Assembly (NCBI GenBank): GCA_051294905.1
Contig: CM119371.1
Span: 15,936,001-16,000,000, forward strand
Source of the DNA: Botryllus schlosseri
Taxonomy: Eukaryota
Length of the DNA stretch: 64,000 bases
Reading direction: 5' to 3'
In this document: positions 25,438-37,034 of the stretch, one piece after another
How the letters are laid out: each line of letters begins with the position of its first letter
Numbering within the stretch: the first letter of the stretch is position 1
The notes under the pieces: model-generated
Database searches by the model: none
The model's input: only the letters and a program-made list of their open reading frames with translations
Told to the model about the DNA's origin: nothing
Made by a program: the position numbers and the translations under genes

Positions 25438-25952
25438 TAGGGCTGGGCAAAATCGAGTACCTGAGTGATTCGATTCTGAATCACGTAAAATGCTTCGAGT
25501 CGAGTCGAGTATTCGAGTATCACTCATTATGACGTCACAACAGAATGTACTATGTCAAAGTTCAAATATGTACCTTTTATGCCACCACGAAGAACATAAT
25601 GCCTGTTATCCGTCACATTAATGATACTTCGGTATGTTTTCGACCATACCGACTTCATTGCACTTCTTGACAATGTTGTGGAACGATCATGACTTCGGAA
25701 ATGTGTTATTTCCAGTAACGTTCGTAGCTTTGTACTATGTCTATCAAGCTAAGACACGGCCAATCAAGGTTTCAAGGCTTCCTCAGTGGAAAATATTATC
25801 AAAACTATAATTCTTGTTAGTTCATTACCTTTCAGTTGTGAGGAGCGTAAAATTTCAGTACTCGAAAAAATCGTCTTTTACTACCCGACTCGAATCATTA
25901 AAATTAATACTCGATTCAGATTCGAGTACTCGAATCATTGTGCCCAGCCCTA
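25438..25952. mobile_element. hAT MITE (TAGGGCTGGGCA family), copy 2
   Basis: Same TIRs and body as 11692-12216. 8-bp TSD ctcctgag (25430-25437, 25953-25960). Confidence 0.93.
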
Positions 25953-26778
25953 CTCCTGAGTAATGTGCCCTTTTAGGTACGCATGTGTGCAATTGATTTG
26001 AGCTGACACGGTCTCTGCTCACATAAATTATAAGTTGCGCACAAAAAATCCGAAGAGATGACCTTTTTTTAGTGGTTACGCACTGTTGTCCAAGGGACCG
26101 CGCAGTGAATAGGTGAGCGCTTGCTGCAGACTCGTCAAAATTAGAAGTAACATTGCTTCTGAGCTATATGTAAACGGGGCTAAAAGCACGCATTACCTAC
26201 ACGAGAGTCGTTATTACCGTTCGAAATCTATTATAGAAATGCTGCATCATTTGAGAATCTATATCTTGCCGCTCAATTCCTCCCCTGCAAATAACCCAGC
26301 GGGAGCAAACGGACCCCAGGGTCATTGGGTTTACCGATGACGTCATGATCGGCACACGAGTGTACCGTACCTTGCCCTGGATGATCTGGTCATTTACCAG
26401 TGACATTACGATAAGTTTCAGCAGCGTTTCCAGCGTCGACCTCACAATCCCTCTCAATCTTACTGATATCACAACTCGTGCGGCGACTTAACGGACTATT
26501 AAAATGTATAAGTAAACTCTTTCATAATGATCAAAGCAGGCGACAGATGATAAGATGAGAGCAGAAGCACATATTTGGTAACTTTATCTGATGAAGTGTG
26601 GACTTGCACATATTATGACACCACTTCGGCGAAAGATTTGGGTCGACTTTATGTGTTTGTCCCATATTGCATCTTTGAATGCACAATTTTGTGTCTAAAT
26701 CGATGCTTTCGATTTAGAGTGTACTTCTATAAATGACACGTATTTTTTCGTGGGGGAAGGATACCTAAAATACCTACC

Positions 26779-27058
26779 GAGCGAGATAGTGTAATGGTGA
26801 TGCATACGGCTTCTCAATCGGCAGATCGTGGGTTCGTGGCCAGGTCACACCAAAGACTCATAAATACATACCAACGAAAATTTGTATCAGCAGCTATCCT
26901 GCTAGGCGCTCAGCAATCACGGATAGCATGGAGGAGATAAAGAAAAATAACGGGGGCGCAGACCAGGTGACCTCACGGTAGTATCGCAACCCCGTCGTCA
27001 ATGCATCTCGATGGTACAGGCGAAAAAGAATATCATCTCTCTCTTTCTCTCTCTCTCT
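26779..27058 (+). mobile_element. tRNA-derived SINE, copy 1
   Basis: A-box-like TAGTGTAATGG, B-box-like GGGTTCG, central GTCACACCAAAGACT...CCTGCTAGGCGCTCAGCA, (CT)n tail. Second copy at 62480. Confidence 0.8.
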
Positions 27059-27409
27059 AATTAAGATATTCGGCAACAATAAATCGCGAATAAATAAATT
27101 TACATAAGCTTCCAATACATAATTTATATTATTGAACGAAATAATAGTTTTGAGCCCATTTCGATCTCGGCCAACAGTTCGTGGCTTTTGGGTGACACAC
27201 TTACGGTCCTGTACACGCCCCCTTGATGTTAGTGAAAAATTTACTGAATAATGTGAATAATTATGTTCGATGGTAGTCCGTAGCATGTAGGTAGATACAT
27301 GAGCGATTTTGGTATGTAATCCCTTCTATTACCCCAATCCTAAAATGCAGACTGTCAACCGCTGTATTCTTTAAAATCAGTGGCTCCCAAAGTGGGGCCA
27401 ACGCATCTC

Positions 27410-28695
27410 GGTGGCTATTTCATCTCATTGGTGGGCAATCAGTCGTCAAATAGGCCTGGAACTCGTATGGCTCACTTTTCCGTTATTCATCGCTGTTTCG
27501 AAATATCTTCCGCTACGTCCCTCTCTCCGCTTTCAGTATATTGTAACCGTGTCAAAGTCCGCTATGTCATCTCATCGATGGGCAATTAGTCGCCGAATCG
27601 GCCTTGAACTCAGATGGGTTGACATTTTCGTTATTTTATGCTGTTTCGAAATATATCTCACCACGCACCGCTTCCGCTTCCGCCCATATTATAATAGTAG
27701 TAGTAGAGTCCGCTATGTTAATATCATTGATTGGTAATCTGCCGCCAAATTGGCCTGGAACACGCATGTGTGACTTTTTTCTTTATCCCCCGCTGTTTCG
27801 AAATAGCTCCCGCTACGACGACAGCGTAATGGGGAGCTTCTGCGCCACTTATGCAAGCGGCCCGTTTTTTTTATAAACCCGCCGTCGGAGGATATTCTGG
27901 GCTCCTCGTCTCCCGTGTCGCTGTTCTTACGGCGACGAAAATCTCACAAAGATACGTGAGTGTTTCCTTTATCCCCCGCTGTTTCGAAATATCTCCCGCT
28001 ACGACGACAGCGTAATGGTGAGCTTCTGCGCCACTTGTGCAAGCGGCCCGTTTTTTTATAAACCCGCCGTCGGAGGGTATTCTGGGCTCCTCGTCTCCCG
28101 TGTCGCTGTTCTTACGGCGACGAAAATCTCACAAAAATACGTGAGTGTTTCCTTTATCCCCCGCTGTTTCGAAATATCTCCCGCTACGACGACAGCGTAA
28201 TGGTGAGCTTCTGCGCCACTTGTGCAAGCGGCCCGTTTTTTTATAAACCCGCCGTCGGAGGGTATTCTGGGCTCCTCGTCTCCCGTGTCGCTGTTCTTAC
28301 GGCGACGAAAATCTCACAAAAATACGTGAGTGTTTCCTTTATCCCCCGCTGTTTCGAAATATCTCCCGCTACGACGACAGCGTAATGGTGAGCTTCTGCG
28401 CCACTTGTGCAAGCGGCCCGTTTTTTTATAAACCCGCCGTCGGAGGGTATTCTGGGCTCCTCGTCTCCCGTGTCGCTGTTCTTACGGCGACGAAAATCTC
28501 ACAAAAATACGTCAGTGTTTCCTTTATCCCCCGCTGTTTTGAAATATCTCCGCTACGACGACAGCGTAATGGTGAGCTTCTGCGCCACTTGTGCAAGCGG
28601 GCCGGTTTTTTTATAAACCCGCCGTTGGAGGGTATTCTGGGCTCCTCGTCTCCCGTGTCGCTGTTCGTACGGCGACGAAAATCTCAGAAAAATAC
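27410..28695. repeat. Compound tandem array: degenerate ~150-bp units, then ~5 near-identical 185-bp units
   Basis: Core GCTGTTTCGAAATA at ~27491, 27640, 27791, 27977, 28162, 28347 and 28532. Identical ORF starts at 28015, 28200 and 28385 give the 185-bp period. Confidence 0.95.
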
Positions 28696-29702
28696 CCCAC
28701 GAAGAACGAAAGACAAGAGCAAAAATAACGACTAATAAAGGATCAACGAATAACAAGATGGACACCGAAAAAGACTGTCATCGGGCACTAGGCCGAGATG
28801 GTCGTTTCGGCAATACTCCTATCTGTTCATCACATCGAGGGGATACCAGTACTAAAAGCAAGAAATCAAGTGACATTAGTCGCGCAAAGTGCGAAGAAAA
28901 ATATTAAGTCAAATATATTACAATATTCTACTTAATGGTCATATACGAATATCTACAAAAATGTGACTGGTCTCTGGCTACGCCAATACGTCGGAACTGA
29001 TATTTTAGTCATCGACATCCCAAATTTCGCAGTCAGGCTAATCGACTTGTTGGTTGGCCTTGCGAATTCACAATAAATTACATTGGTAATATTATTTTGG
29101 AAGTTACAACAAATTTCGAAAATTACATCGCGGGCCACTCAAAACCTTCTTGCGGGCCACGGGTTGGCCGCCCCTGTTATACAGCGAGGAAATGGATTAC
29201 AGAATATAAATACATCGCTCCGTAATTCTGCGTGCATAATTGGTTCGTTGTTGAGTGAAGCCATATTACCTACCACTGTTACGAGACAATCGTTACGGTC
29301 ATTATAGTAAATATTTGCGAGTACGTATGTTAGGCATTGTACAGTACACTGTACAGTTTACTTATAGATAACTAGTAATCTGTAGTTTTTCCGGTTTGCA
29401 AAATCATGAGATAAATTTCTAAGTTTATGCGCTGCGATCAACTGGTTTGTTAAACCCTAAGGAACGCGATGATCGACTTAATCGATCATCGAACTTTATT
29501 ATCTCCGCCCAGCGGTAGCTTTTGGGATGGGCGAGGTGGGCTCTCGCCTGGGCCCCCGTGGTCGAAGGGGGCCCCTATTTGGTTTCATCGCTTTTTTCAA
29601 TGGTTATGGCGAATAGTCGTGGACGTCCGTGTATCAATCAAGAACATGATTTCGTTCAGATGGGTCAATCATCGAATCTCTGCATTTGTTAGAAAAGTCA
29701 TA

Positions 29703-29868
29703 CAATCTATTATTCTTACTGCACCGTAGGAATATTGACAGACTGACGTGGATGCTATTTTGATATTATGAAGACATGCATTGTGAAATATTATGATAGA
29801 AATATAGTTTTCATTAGCATCTACCGTTGACAATGACACCATTGCGGCAATAATTACGGCTATGGGCC
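29703..29868 (+). repeat. Dispersed duplicated segment B, copy 1
   Basis: Highly similar to 37987-38186. Contains the TGCACCGTARGAATATT motif also seen at 19033. Confidence 0.85.
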
Positions 29869-29971
29869 TGTTTTAATGTGTTGTGAAGTGAATGCGGACG
29901 GCATGCTCGACGACTGTTGGATAGCCGGTAGGATGCTGTTCCACAGTTGGGGTCCGGCATACTTGATAGAG

Positions 29972-31133
29972 CAGGGGTGGGCAAACTTTTGAGCTCGCGG
30001 GCCGCATTCAACATATGAATCCATTCGCGGGCCGCACTATATAAAATGGGGATTATAAACCAAAACGCAATATTGGTATTTGATTATATAGTGAGGACAT
30101 GAAGATAATATATATGCTTATTTAAAACAATCCAAACATTGCTTTGATGATATCGTACACACGTCAGAATCAGTAACGAGATTTCATAGGCTGGTCGACC
30201 TCAATAACAAATTTGTCAAAACTATAGAGATGAAAATCGGTTGTCCCGATTCTTAGAACAGGATTGAACTAAGAATCTGTGAGCAGCGATCTGTTCATAG
30301 ATTTACTATTTCCACTTTTTGTCCAGTTCCAGGACACACAACGCTGACAGCATCATAACCATGTTAGCTTCAAACACGCTTCTACCATGTGTAGATAAAA
30401 TGTAAGTACCCAAATTCTGCGCATACAGAGAACGAATCTACCTAAGACCCGCGTGAATCCTTTTTATAAGCACATCACTGAAATAATCAAAACTGGAGTT
30501 GCCAATCTGAAATCACACTCGTGATCCTAATTATGCCAATCTTGTTTGGGATTTCTGTGATGTTTAGCGGTTGAAACCTCTCAAACTGCGTGGGCCTTGA
30601 GATCGGGCTGTCGCGCCAAAAATGAAACATAAAAAATAATATAGGAAGTATTTACCTTATAACAGTGGTTCTCAAACTTTTTAAGAAACGCCCACTCCCT
30701 TATGATGGTAAGAGATTTCGCGCCCCTTTTATCGTCATATCACAAAACGCAACCAGGATGTGAGCAAACCTAACGGATAGTTTGACGGCATGGAAGGTTG
30801 CGACTGTGGATGAGAGATTTTTATATATGAAAATCAGACTAAATACAGAGCAATAATTATGAATGCGAAAATTTTTGTCAGTTGAGCTCCGTTTCGTGCC
30901 CCCTCAGATGCTTTCAGGCCCCAAGGGGGTGCGCCCTCCACTTTGAGAACCACTGCCTTAGAATTATCATGCTGAAATTTACTACGAAATAGTTTAATCA
31001 AGTCCCTACATTAATTCGATTTTTAGTACGCATTTTATCAATAATTTTATTAAGTTTTTTTAGACTCTCGCTGGCCGCACAGGACGGTGTGGAGGGCGGC
31101 GTGCGGCCCGCGGGCCTAGTTTGCCCACCCCTG
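29972..31133. mobile_element. hAT Charlie-like non-autonomous element inserted in a CR1/L2 fragment
   Basis: TIR CAGGGGTGGGCAAACT / AGTTTGCCCACCCCTG and 8-bp TSD tgatagag. Confidence 0.92.
30663..30955. mobile_element. Nested hAT MITE
   Basis: TIR CAGTGGTTCTCAAA / TTTGAGAACCACTG. TSD ccttataa / ccttagaa (7/8). Confidence 0.88.
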
Positions 31134-33589
31134 TGATAGAGCAATCAGAAGCCCGTTGAAAATGTATAGATTTACAATGCTATGTGGTTGAGATAAGCTG
31201 AAAACCTCGAATTATTTCTCACCTAATTTGTCAAGATTAGACAAGACAAGACACAAAGACGAACGTGGTATTTTCAAATCAAAGAAATGGTCTCACGAGA
31301 GAAGGACAGCTCCCGTGTCCCTAATTCGCAGTGTACATAGTGATTATGCTTAAGAATAGGATTAGCATCGATTCTCATGCTTTCGACTAAGACAAAATGC
31401 GAACAATGTCAAGGCGCGACTGGGGTTCAACGGAACATGTAACAGGTTTCATCACTACCAAGCTCAGGAATTACTCTTTACTACAGCTCCAGGACGCACA
31501 TGATGATATTGCAACTCGCCTAACTCGCGCGTCTGAAACTTCCGAGCAATGATTGGAACATCGTTGCATTAAGGTTACCATACGTCCTCATTTAGGAGGA
31601 TTTGTCTTCCTTGTTGAAGAAATCTTCTACCTTCGCCCAATTGTACTCATTTTTGAAAATTTGTTCTCCTTCTAAGCCTAAAATGCTCAAAAAGACCACG
31701 AGAAACGTTAAATTTTGGCATCAACTGTTTTCAATTTCTGCAAACTAACTTTTATGATTTGATAAAAGCGTCCCCCTTTCCCTATTCCAAAAGATGGTAA
31801 CCCTATCGTTACCGCAATTGCTATGGTTGGACTTGAAGAAAAAAACTAGAAAGGCAGCATCTGAACACCTGTAATTAGAGGAGGTCAACAACGAAGTATT
31901 TATACTTTTCTAGAGTAATTAAGTAGGTTTTGCCTATACCTGCACGAATATCTAGTGATTATCATTTTATGCATTTACATCTACTCATCAGTTTTCATCT
32001 TTTAGATGAAGCTAGGCCTAGAATACTTCGTTTGTACTTACTTAGAATTCACTACTTCTAGTTGTGCTGGAGCGGAAACTTACGACGTCGCTTGTATTTA
32101 TACTTGAGTATCAACGATGACTACTTTGACCACTTCTGCCTCCAAGTATATTATATCCATTTTTCACTTTTGCAGTCCTAGCTATCAGGCTGTGGCGTCA
32201 CGAAACTTGCCGATATTTTGTCACTTCCAATGACCGACACTGATATTTCTTTCAAGGTGTGATATTGACCCGATATTATGGGCAAGCCGATGATCGGTGG
32301 TGCTGTAGACATACAACCTAAGGCTAAAGAAAGCACTCAATGTGCATGATCGTGCATCTCCGCCAAAACCATGCAAACATACCACCTGCTAGTCTATTTT
32401 CCAAGCACGTAGCAGTGGTTGTTTTAGTAACATCGGCGAGTGTTCTGGAATGAAGATATCAATAGAGGAAAGTATGTGACACCTATACGAATTCTGAATC
32501 CTATCGCGAGATCCTAATGCGCCTTCATATCAACATCTCGACAATTGCGTAGGTTTTAGTGTGTGCTCGTATGAAACCAGCGTTCAAAACTGCTATTCTC
32601 AGCCTTATACTTCGGTAACCCTGAAACTGACGCGTAAAGATTCTGATATAACACCTACGTCGATTAGAAAACGGTTTCAGGGCGTCGCTCCAGAGTGGCT
32701 ACACTATGAATGTGGTCTTTTCGAACAATGGCGTTCAGCTCACGTGGAGTATAATCCACTATTTAGAATATAAATACGCGCAGTTAAATGCGAATCATAT
32801 CCATGATCATAACCAGCGGCTTCATCCGCACAGGACGTACAATGCACAACGCGATACGCAAGAAACAATGCGATATTAATGTATATCAATCAACGGCCGT
32901 TATTATAGTTCGATATTGTCATCTCCAATTTATCGAAGATTGTTCTACTATGAAAATGCGTCACGGAAGGAATTGAGTACGACACACGGTTCGACTATTG
33001 AAATTCACTTGGTTGACCACCCTAGCGTTACTTTAGTGCTGATTTACTGTATCCCAGTCGAATTCGGCCCTATAGTTAACCAAAAATTTAAAAAAAGAGG
33101 ACATTTGGGCGTCCTCCGAGGACACTTTTAAAAAAGTCAGAGAAGAGGACAAATCCTCTTAAAAGAGGACGTATAATAACCCTAAGTATAGCCATTAGTT
33201 AGATAGAATTCGTGATTGCACGGAATGGCCACACTGCGGCCGTAGACGGAAAATTGTGCGGCCATCGACAAGTAATTTAATTGATATGTGTTGGCGGCCG
33301 TCAACATGCAAATTGAAATTTCGATTTAACCCCCGAATTTTTGAGATATTTCAATTCATCTAGAAATTTTCTTCGCGCTGGTCGCGAATCAAAACGTATT
33401 GTTTTTTAATTCTAATATGGTAGTGCATGTGCTAATTCGAGCCTTTTTTTGTTTGTAATATTTTATTCGGCATGTTCAACAAATGAAATATGCACAGTGA
33501 ATAAATATAATCGCGACTTCGGTCAGATTGGTAATTATGCGAACATAAATCCAGAACAAAACCCACCATTTGCGGTGGCGGGGAAAAAG

Positions 33590-36048
33590 ATTTTATTTAA
33601 CATAGAATAAATGGCGAAAAATCACAAAATGGAAATGCGATATTAATTAACATGGGCCAGAGAAGACATGGCCAGTTCGCCCGGGGACGGGGGGCACCAA
33701 CAAACAAAGGCCTCCACCAAAAACACACAATATATGTGGTGGAGGCCGACATACAACACAAAAAATACAGGGGCGAACTGGCGAGGTCCGACTGCAGGCA
33801 TTATCATAGTAGTTGTGGTGGTGAAAAATCAAATCAAACTTTTTTGTCGAGAGGTGGGGGAACTCCTCCCCTTAGCATTTAGAACCGCGCGGAAAAACAA
33901 CTTCAAAAAACTAAAACTAGCAGGGGTCCATTTATGTTAATTTGGGGAGGAGTTCCGTGAAACAATCCAGTGTCCAGTTGCCTGCAGTCGAACCCCGTGA
34001 TGGCTAGCGGGTAGAGCTAATAACCAATACACAAAACATAAAACAAATAAAGAACACGTGAAGGGGGGGGGTCAAGTCCTCTCGTGGTCCCGTACACCAC
34101 ACCAAGCCTTCCAGACACGATGAGAGCCGCGCTGAGAAGCGACCACGGCTCGCTCGGAGACCAGTCTAGACTCGAAGACCGAAACACCCATCGCACGTAA
34201 GGTGGTCAGGTTCCCGGGGTGGTAACTCCCCAGGGACCCGACCGCGAACGTATGCATCTCCACCACCGTGGCCGTGGCAACGCGGAGAGACTCACAGAGG
34301 TCCTTGTACTTTGAGTGTTTCAGTGCAACGGCAGCGTCCATACTGGCTACTCCATTCTCGAAGGGGCACACCACATCGATGACCAAGACCCGGCAACGAT
34401 CCGCTAAGATGAGGTCGGGCCTCAGCCGCCTGTTGGCCAATGTGGCGTGCTCCTCGCAAACGCGGTCCACATCGAATCTGGAAAAAGAAGAGGAGCTTGG
34501 TATACAGTCCAGGAGCACCCCAAGTACCGAATTGTGCCTGTTCGTGATGCTATCCATCACTGGCAGGCAGTGGTTCAGTACGTGGGGCTGGGTCTCAGTA
34601 TGCTGTCCGCACTTGCAGCAGACCACACTTGGCTCCACACGTTTTCTAAACCGACCCCGGATCGACCGGAGTGGCAGAAGATTCAGTCGAGCTTTAAGCA
34701 TCCAGCTACGCTCGACTGCCGTCAGGACGTTGGAAGACCGGAGGAAGCGATTGGAGCTCCCGTACCGGCTGTGGCACTCCACAGTTTTGCCCTGGTCGGG
34801 AAGCTCCATCCACCGTGTCTTCCAACGTTGGTTCACCTTCAGGTGAAGAAATTTGGTAAGACGACCCAAATCCTGACAACAGTCGGCGCCTAGAGCCAAC
34901 TGATAGAGCCCGTCTTCGGTCACGAACCAGCGAGCACCGAGACGCCTAGCGACGGGTCGGACCTCGGTCCAAAGCCCGTAGGCGTCTCCGTACGCCCTGG
35001 AGTCGTGCCCTGTTAGACTCACGCAGTTTAAAAACTCGACTGTCAGGGTCTCCGACGCCTCTGGGACTCGGCAAGTCCTCCGGACGACCAGCGCCAACCT
35101 TCCACGCGCAACCGCCCGCACAGAGGGGTCAGTGGAATTGACCATTTTGGCGGCCTGGGAAAGCCTCAACACATCTGCTTCGCAGCAGAGGTTGGGAATC
35201 CCCAGACCGCCAGTCGTCAGCCCAGCATGGAAAAAGGGCTGACACGCTCTGTTAGGGAGGCGGAATTCCGCCTTCACCAACGTGCGGATACGCGCATCCA
35301 GGCGACGCAGATCGCTTCGGTAGAACTTGCGGATTCTCAACTGAAAAAGGATTCTTGGAATAACGAACCTCTTCAGTGCGAGCAGCTTCTGAAATGAGGT
35401 GAGATGTGACAGAAAAAGTCTATCACAATAGGCCTCGAAAGTTTTAAGGGCCTTCCCACCTTTCTCGGTTGCCTGGTAACCCATGTTCTTGCCCAGGTAT
35501 CGCCAGAAAGAGTCACGATCGAGGACCCGGACCTCGCCACCATCAAGGCAGAACGGGGCCGAGTCCACGATCGATCGGCTTCCCTTGAATCCCAAGGCAA
35601 GAACACGACACTTGGCGGGCTTGAACTTCATACCAGACCACCGAGAAAATTCATCGCACAGATCTAATTGTGCTTGAAGCTGGACGCGAGACGAAGCACA
35701 CAGACAGGTGTCATCTGCGTAACCCTGAACTCTGACAGTGACGCCATCCGCCGCAGAAAACCGATAACCGCTGCTTTGAAGCCCAGCAACGCCACGCAGG
35801 AGAACCTCCATGACCAGGTTGAAGGTGATGGCCGATAAAGGGCATCCTTGACGGACACCCTTCCCCGCTGGAATGGGGTCTGTCGGACCAGAGCTGGTCG
35901 CGACTGCAAACACGTTAGACGCGTAGATATCGGTCATCACCTCCACCAGATACTCCGGGGCGTTAAAGTGCTTCAGGACCTCGATCACGGATCCATGCCG
36001 AACGGTACCGAATGCATTGCGGATGTCAAGCCAGGCAAGATAAATATC
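33590..36048 (-). mobile_element. 5'-truncated non-LTR retrotransposon with restriction-like endonuclease (NeSL/Utopia-like, R2 group)
   Basis: GC-rich block with an open RT-RLE frame plus a ~480-bp 3' UTR ending near an AATAAA at ~33593. Boundaries approximate, no clear TSD. Confidence 0.9.
34072..36048 (-). CDS. Partial RT / CCHC zinc knuckle / PD-(D/E)xK RLE polyprotein (~658 codons, no stops)
   Basis: AWLDIRNAFGTV, GVRQGCPLS..FNLVME, GYADD, KFKPAKC, YLG, GGLGI, ARLNLLP, CCKC..ETQPHVLNHC, RHN, RPDL, IDVVCPFEN, KHSKY, VGSLGSY. The first ~31 residues of the listed ORF look like read-in from the flank. Confidence 0.88.
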   Translation of the reverse strand, partial: DIYLAWLDIRNAFGTVRHGSVIEVLKHFNAPEYLVEVMTDIYASNVFAVATSSGPTDPIPAGKGVRQGCPLSAITFNLVMEVLLRGVAGLQSSGYRFSAADGVTVRVQGYADDTCLCASSRVQLQAQLDLCDEFSRWSGMKFKPAKCRVLALGFKGSRSIVDSAPFCLDGGEVRVLDRDSFWRYLGKNMGYQATEKGGKALKTFEAYCDRLFLSHLTSFQKLLALKRFVIPRILFQLRIRKFYRSDLRRLDARIRTLVKAEFRLPNRACQPFFHAGLTTGGLGIPNLCCEADVLRLSQAAKMVNSTDPSVRAVARGRLALVVRRTCRVPEASETLTVEFLNCVSLTGHDSRAYGDAYGLWTEVRPVARRLGARWFVTEDGLYQLALGADCCQDLGRLTKFLHLKVNQRWKTRWMELPDQGKTVECHSRYGSSNRFLRSSNVLTAVERSWMLKARLNLLPLRSIRGRFRKRVEPSVVCCKCGQHTETQPHVLNHCLPVMDSITNRHNSVLGVLLDCIPSSSSFSRFDVDRVCEEHATLANRRLRPDLILADRCRVLVIDVVCPFENGVASMDAAVALKHSKYKDLCESLRVATATVVEMHTFAVGSLGSYHPGNLTTLRAMGVSVFESRLVSERAVVASQRGSHRVWKAWCGVRDHERT

Positions 36049-36459
36049 CACACACACATGATAACCGCAGAAGAAATACCATCTTGGAAATTTGTTTCTG
36101 GTATACGTTTCGGCGATTCTACTATCTTTCCACCATGCCAAAGATCAAGATGGCGGCTCAGGAAATAACAGCATGCTATGACTAATACGAATCGGCCTAC
36201 CCGAAGATGCATAATTATTTATAACTGGTCCCCAATGTTCATCTCTATCTGTGAATCTGAACACCTAGACTGAGAAAAGATAAATGTGCAACTACTAGCG
36301 ATTTTCGCGCATTGCGCCAATGGTAATCGAGTCGTAGCATAACTATTCATTTCATGACCATGACCACTGACCACTCTCGATTTCGGTGCTTAATATATTG
36401 CAAGTCGATGGGAATGAATAATTTGGTCGGAGTTTACTGAAAATGGGCAGGGACAGGAC

Positions 36460-36927
36460 AGTCTAACATGGATATTCGTCTAAAGGAAACGTCTACTTAC
36501 CCCAACCCAATAGCAACCTAACTAAGAGATCTATTGACTACTCGGGACCTATCATCTGGAATGCATTACCATCACATATCCGTGAATTGCCTTATAATAG
36601 ATTCAAAAAAGCCCTACTTGATCACCTCTTGTCGTTACACTAACTGTTGCCCTACCTCGCCCAGACATTGCTTCATTGATCATTTGCTACCATTATTTAA
36701 TTTTTTTCTATTTTCCTTTCCTAACTAAACAATTTTTTACAGCCAGACTGTTCTGAGTCAAGTGTACCTGTTTGATGCTGGTGTGATCAGACTAGATGAC
36801 CTTCACGGTCTTATCGATCATTCCTATCTAATACCGAATACTGTGCACGCATATTTTCTGTACCACCATCACTGCCGTTTGTTAGGTATTTTGGTTCGAT
36901 GAAAATAAAGACTCTCTCTCTCTCTCT
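36460..36927 (+). mobile_element. CR1/L2-group LINE 3' fragment
   Basis: SGPIIWNALPSHIRELPYNRFKKALLDHL C-terminal motif, followed by a 3' UTR with AATAAA and a (CT)n tail. Confidence 0.7.
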
Positions 36928-37034
36928 TCAAGTTAGTTCATTACGATGGCTTCAAGTTAGTTCATTACGACTGTGCGCCAGACTGCGGTCGTAGGTTATA
37001 TAAGGAATCGAAATGCGATCGTGATTAGCTAAAA

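Larger units (their letters stand above)
19831..26721 (-). mobile_element. Probable EnSpm/CACTA element (no transposase recognised)
   Basis: Exact 10-bp TIR CACTCTAAAT / ATTTAGAGTG flanked by TA on both sides. Encloses a subterminal satellite and exons with an LFACYYVCDPTYPK motif typical of animal EnSpm accessory (SAMD3-like) proteins. Confidence 0.6.

Noticed and set aside
26779..26850. Functional tRNA gene (also at 62480)
   Set aside because: No complete acceptor stem. It continues into a shared body and (CT)n tail, so it is a SINE head.
27780..28695. Protein-coding repeats, tRNA array or hammerhead retrozyme
   Set aside because: The 185-bp period is not a multiple of 3, so the ORFs are by-products. 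An A-box-like CAGCGTAATGG lacks a properly spaced B box or cloverleaf. There is no CTGANGA hammerhead core on either strand.
36049..36141. N-terminus of the 689-aa ORF as a real start
   Set aside because: It is AT-richer flank sequence upstream of the truncation point, and the earlier RT motifs and N-terminal domain are missing.
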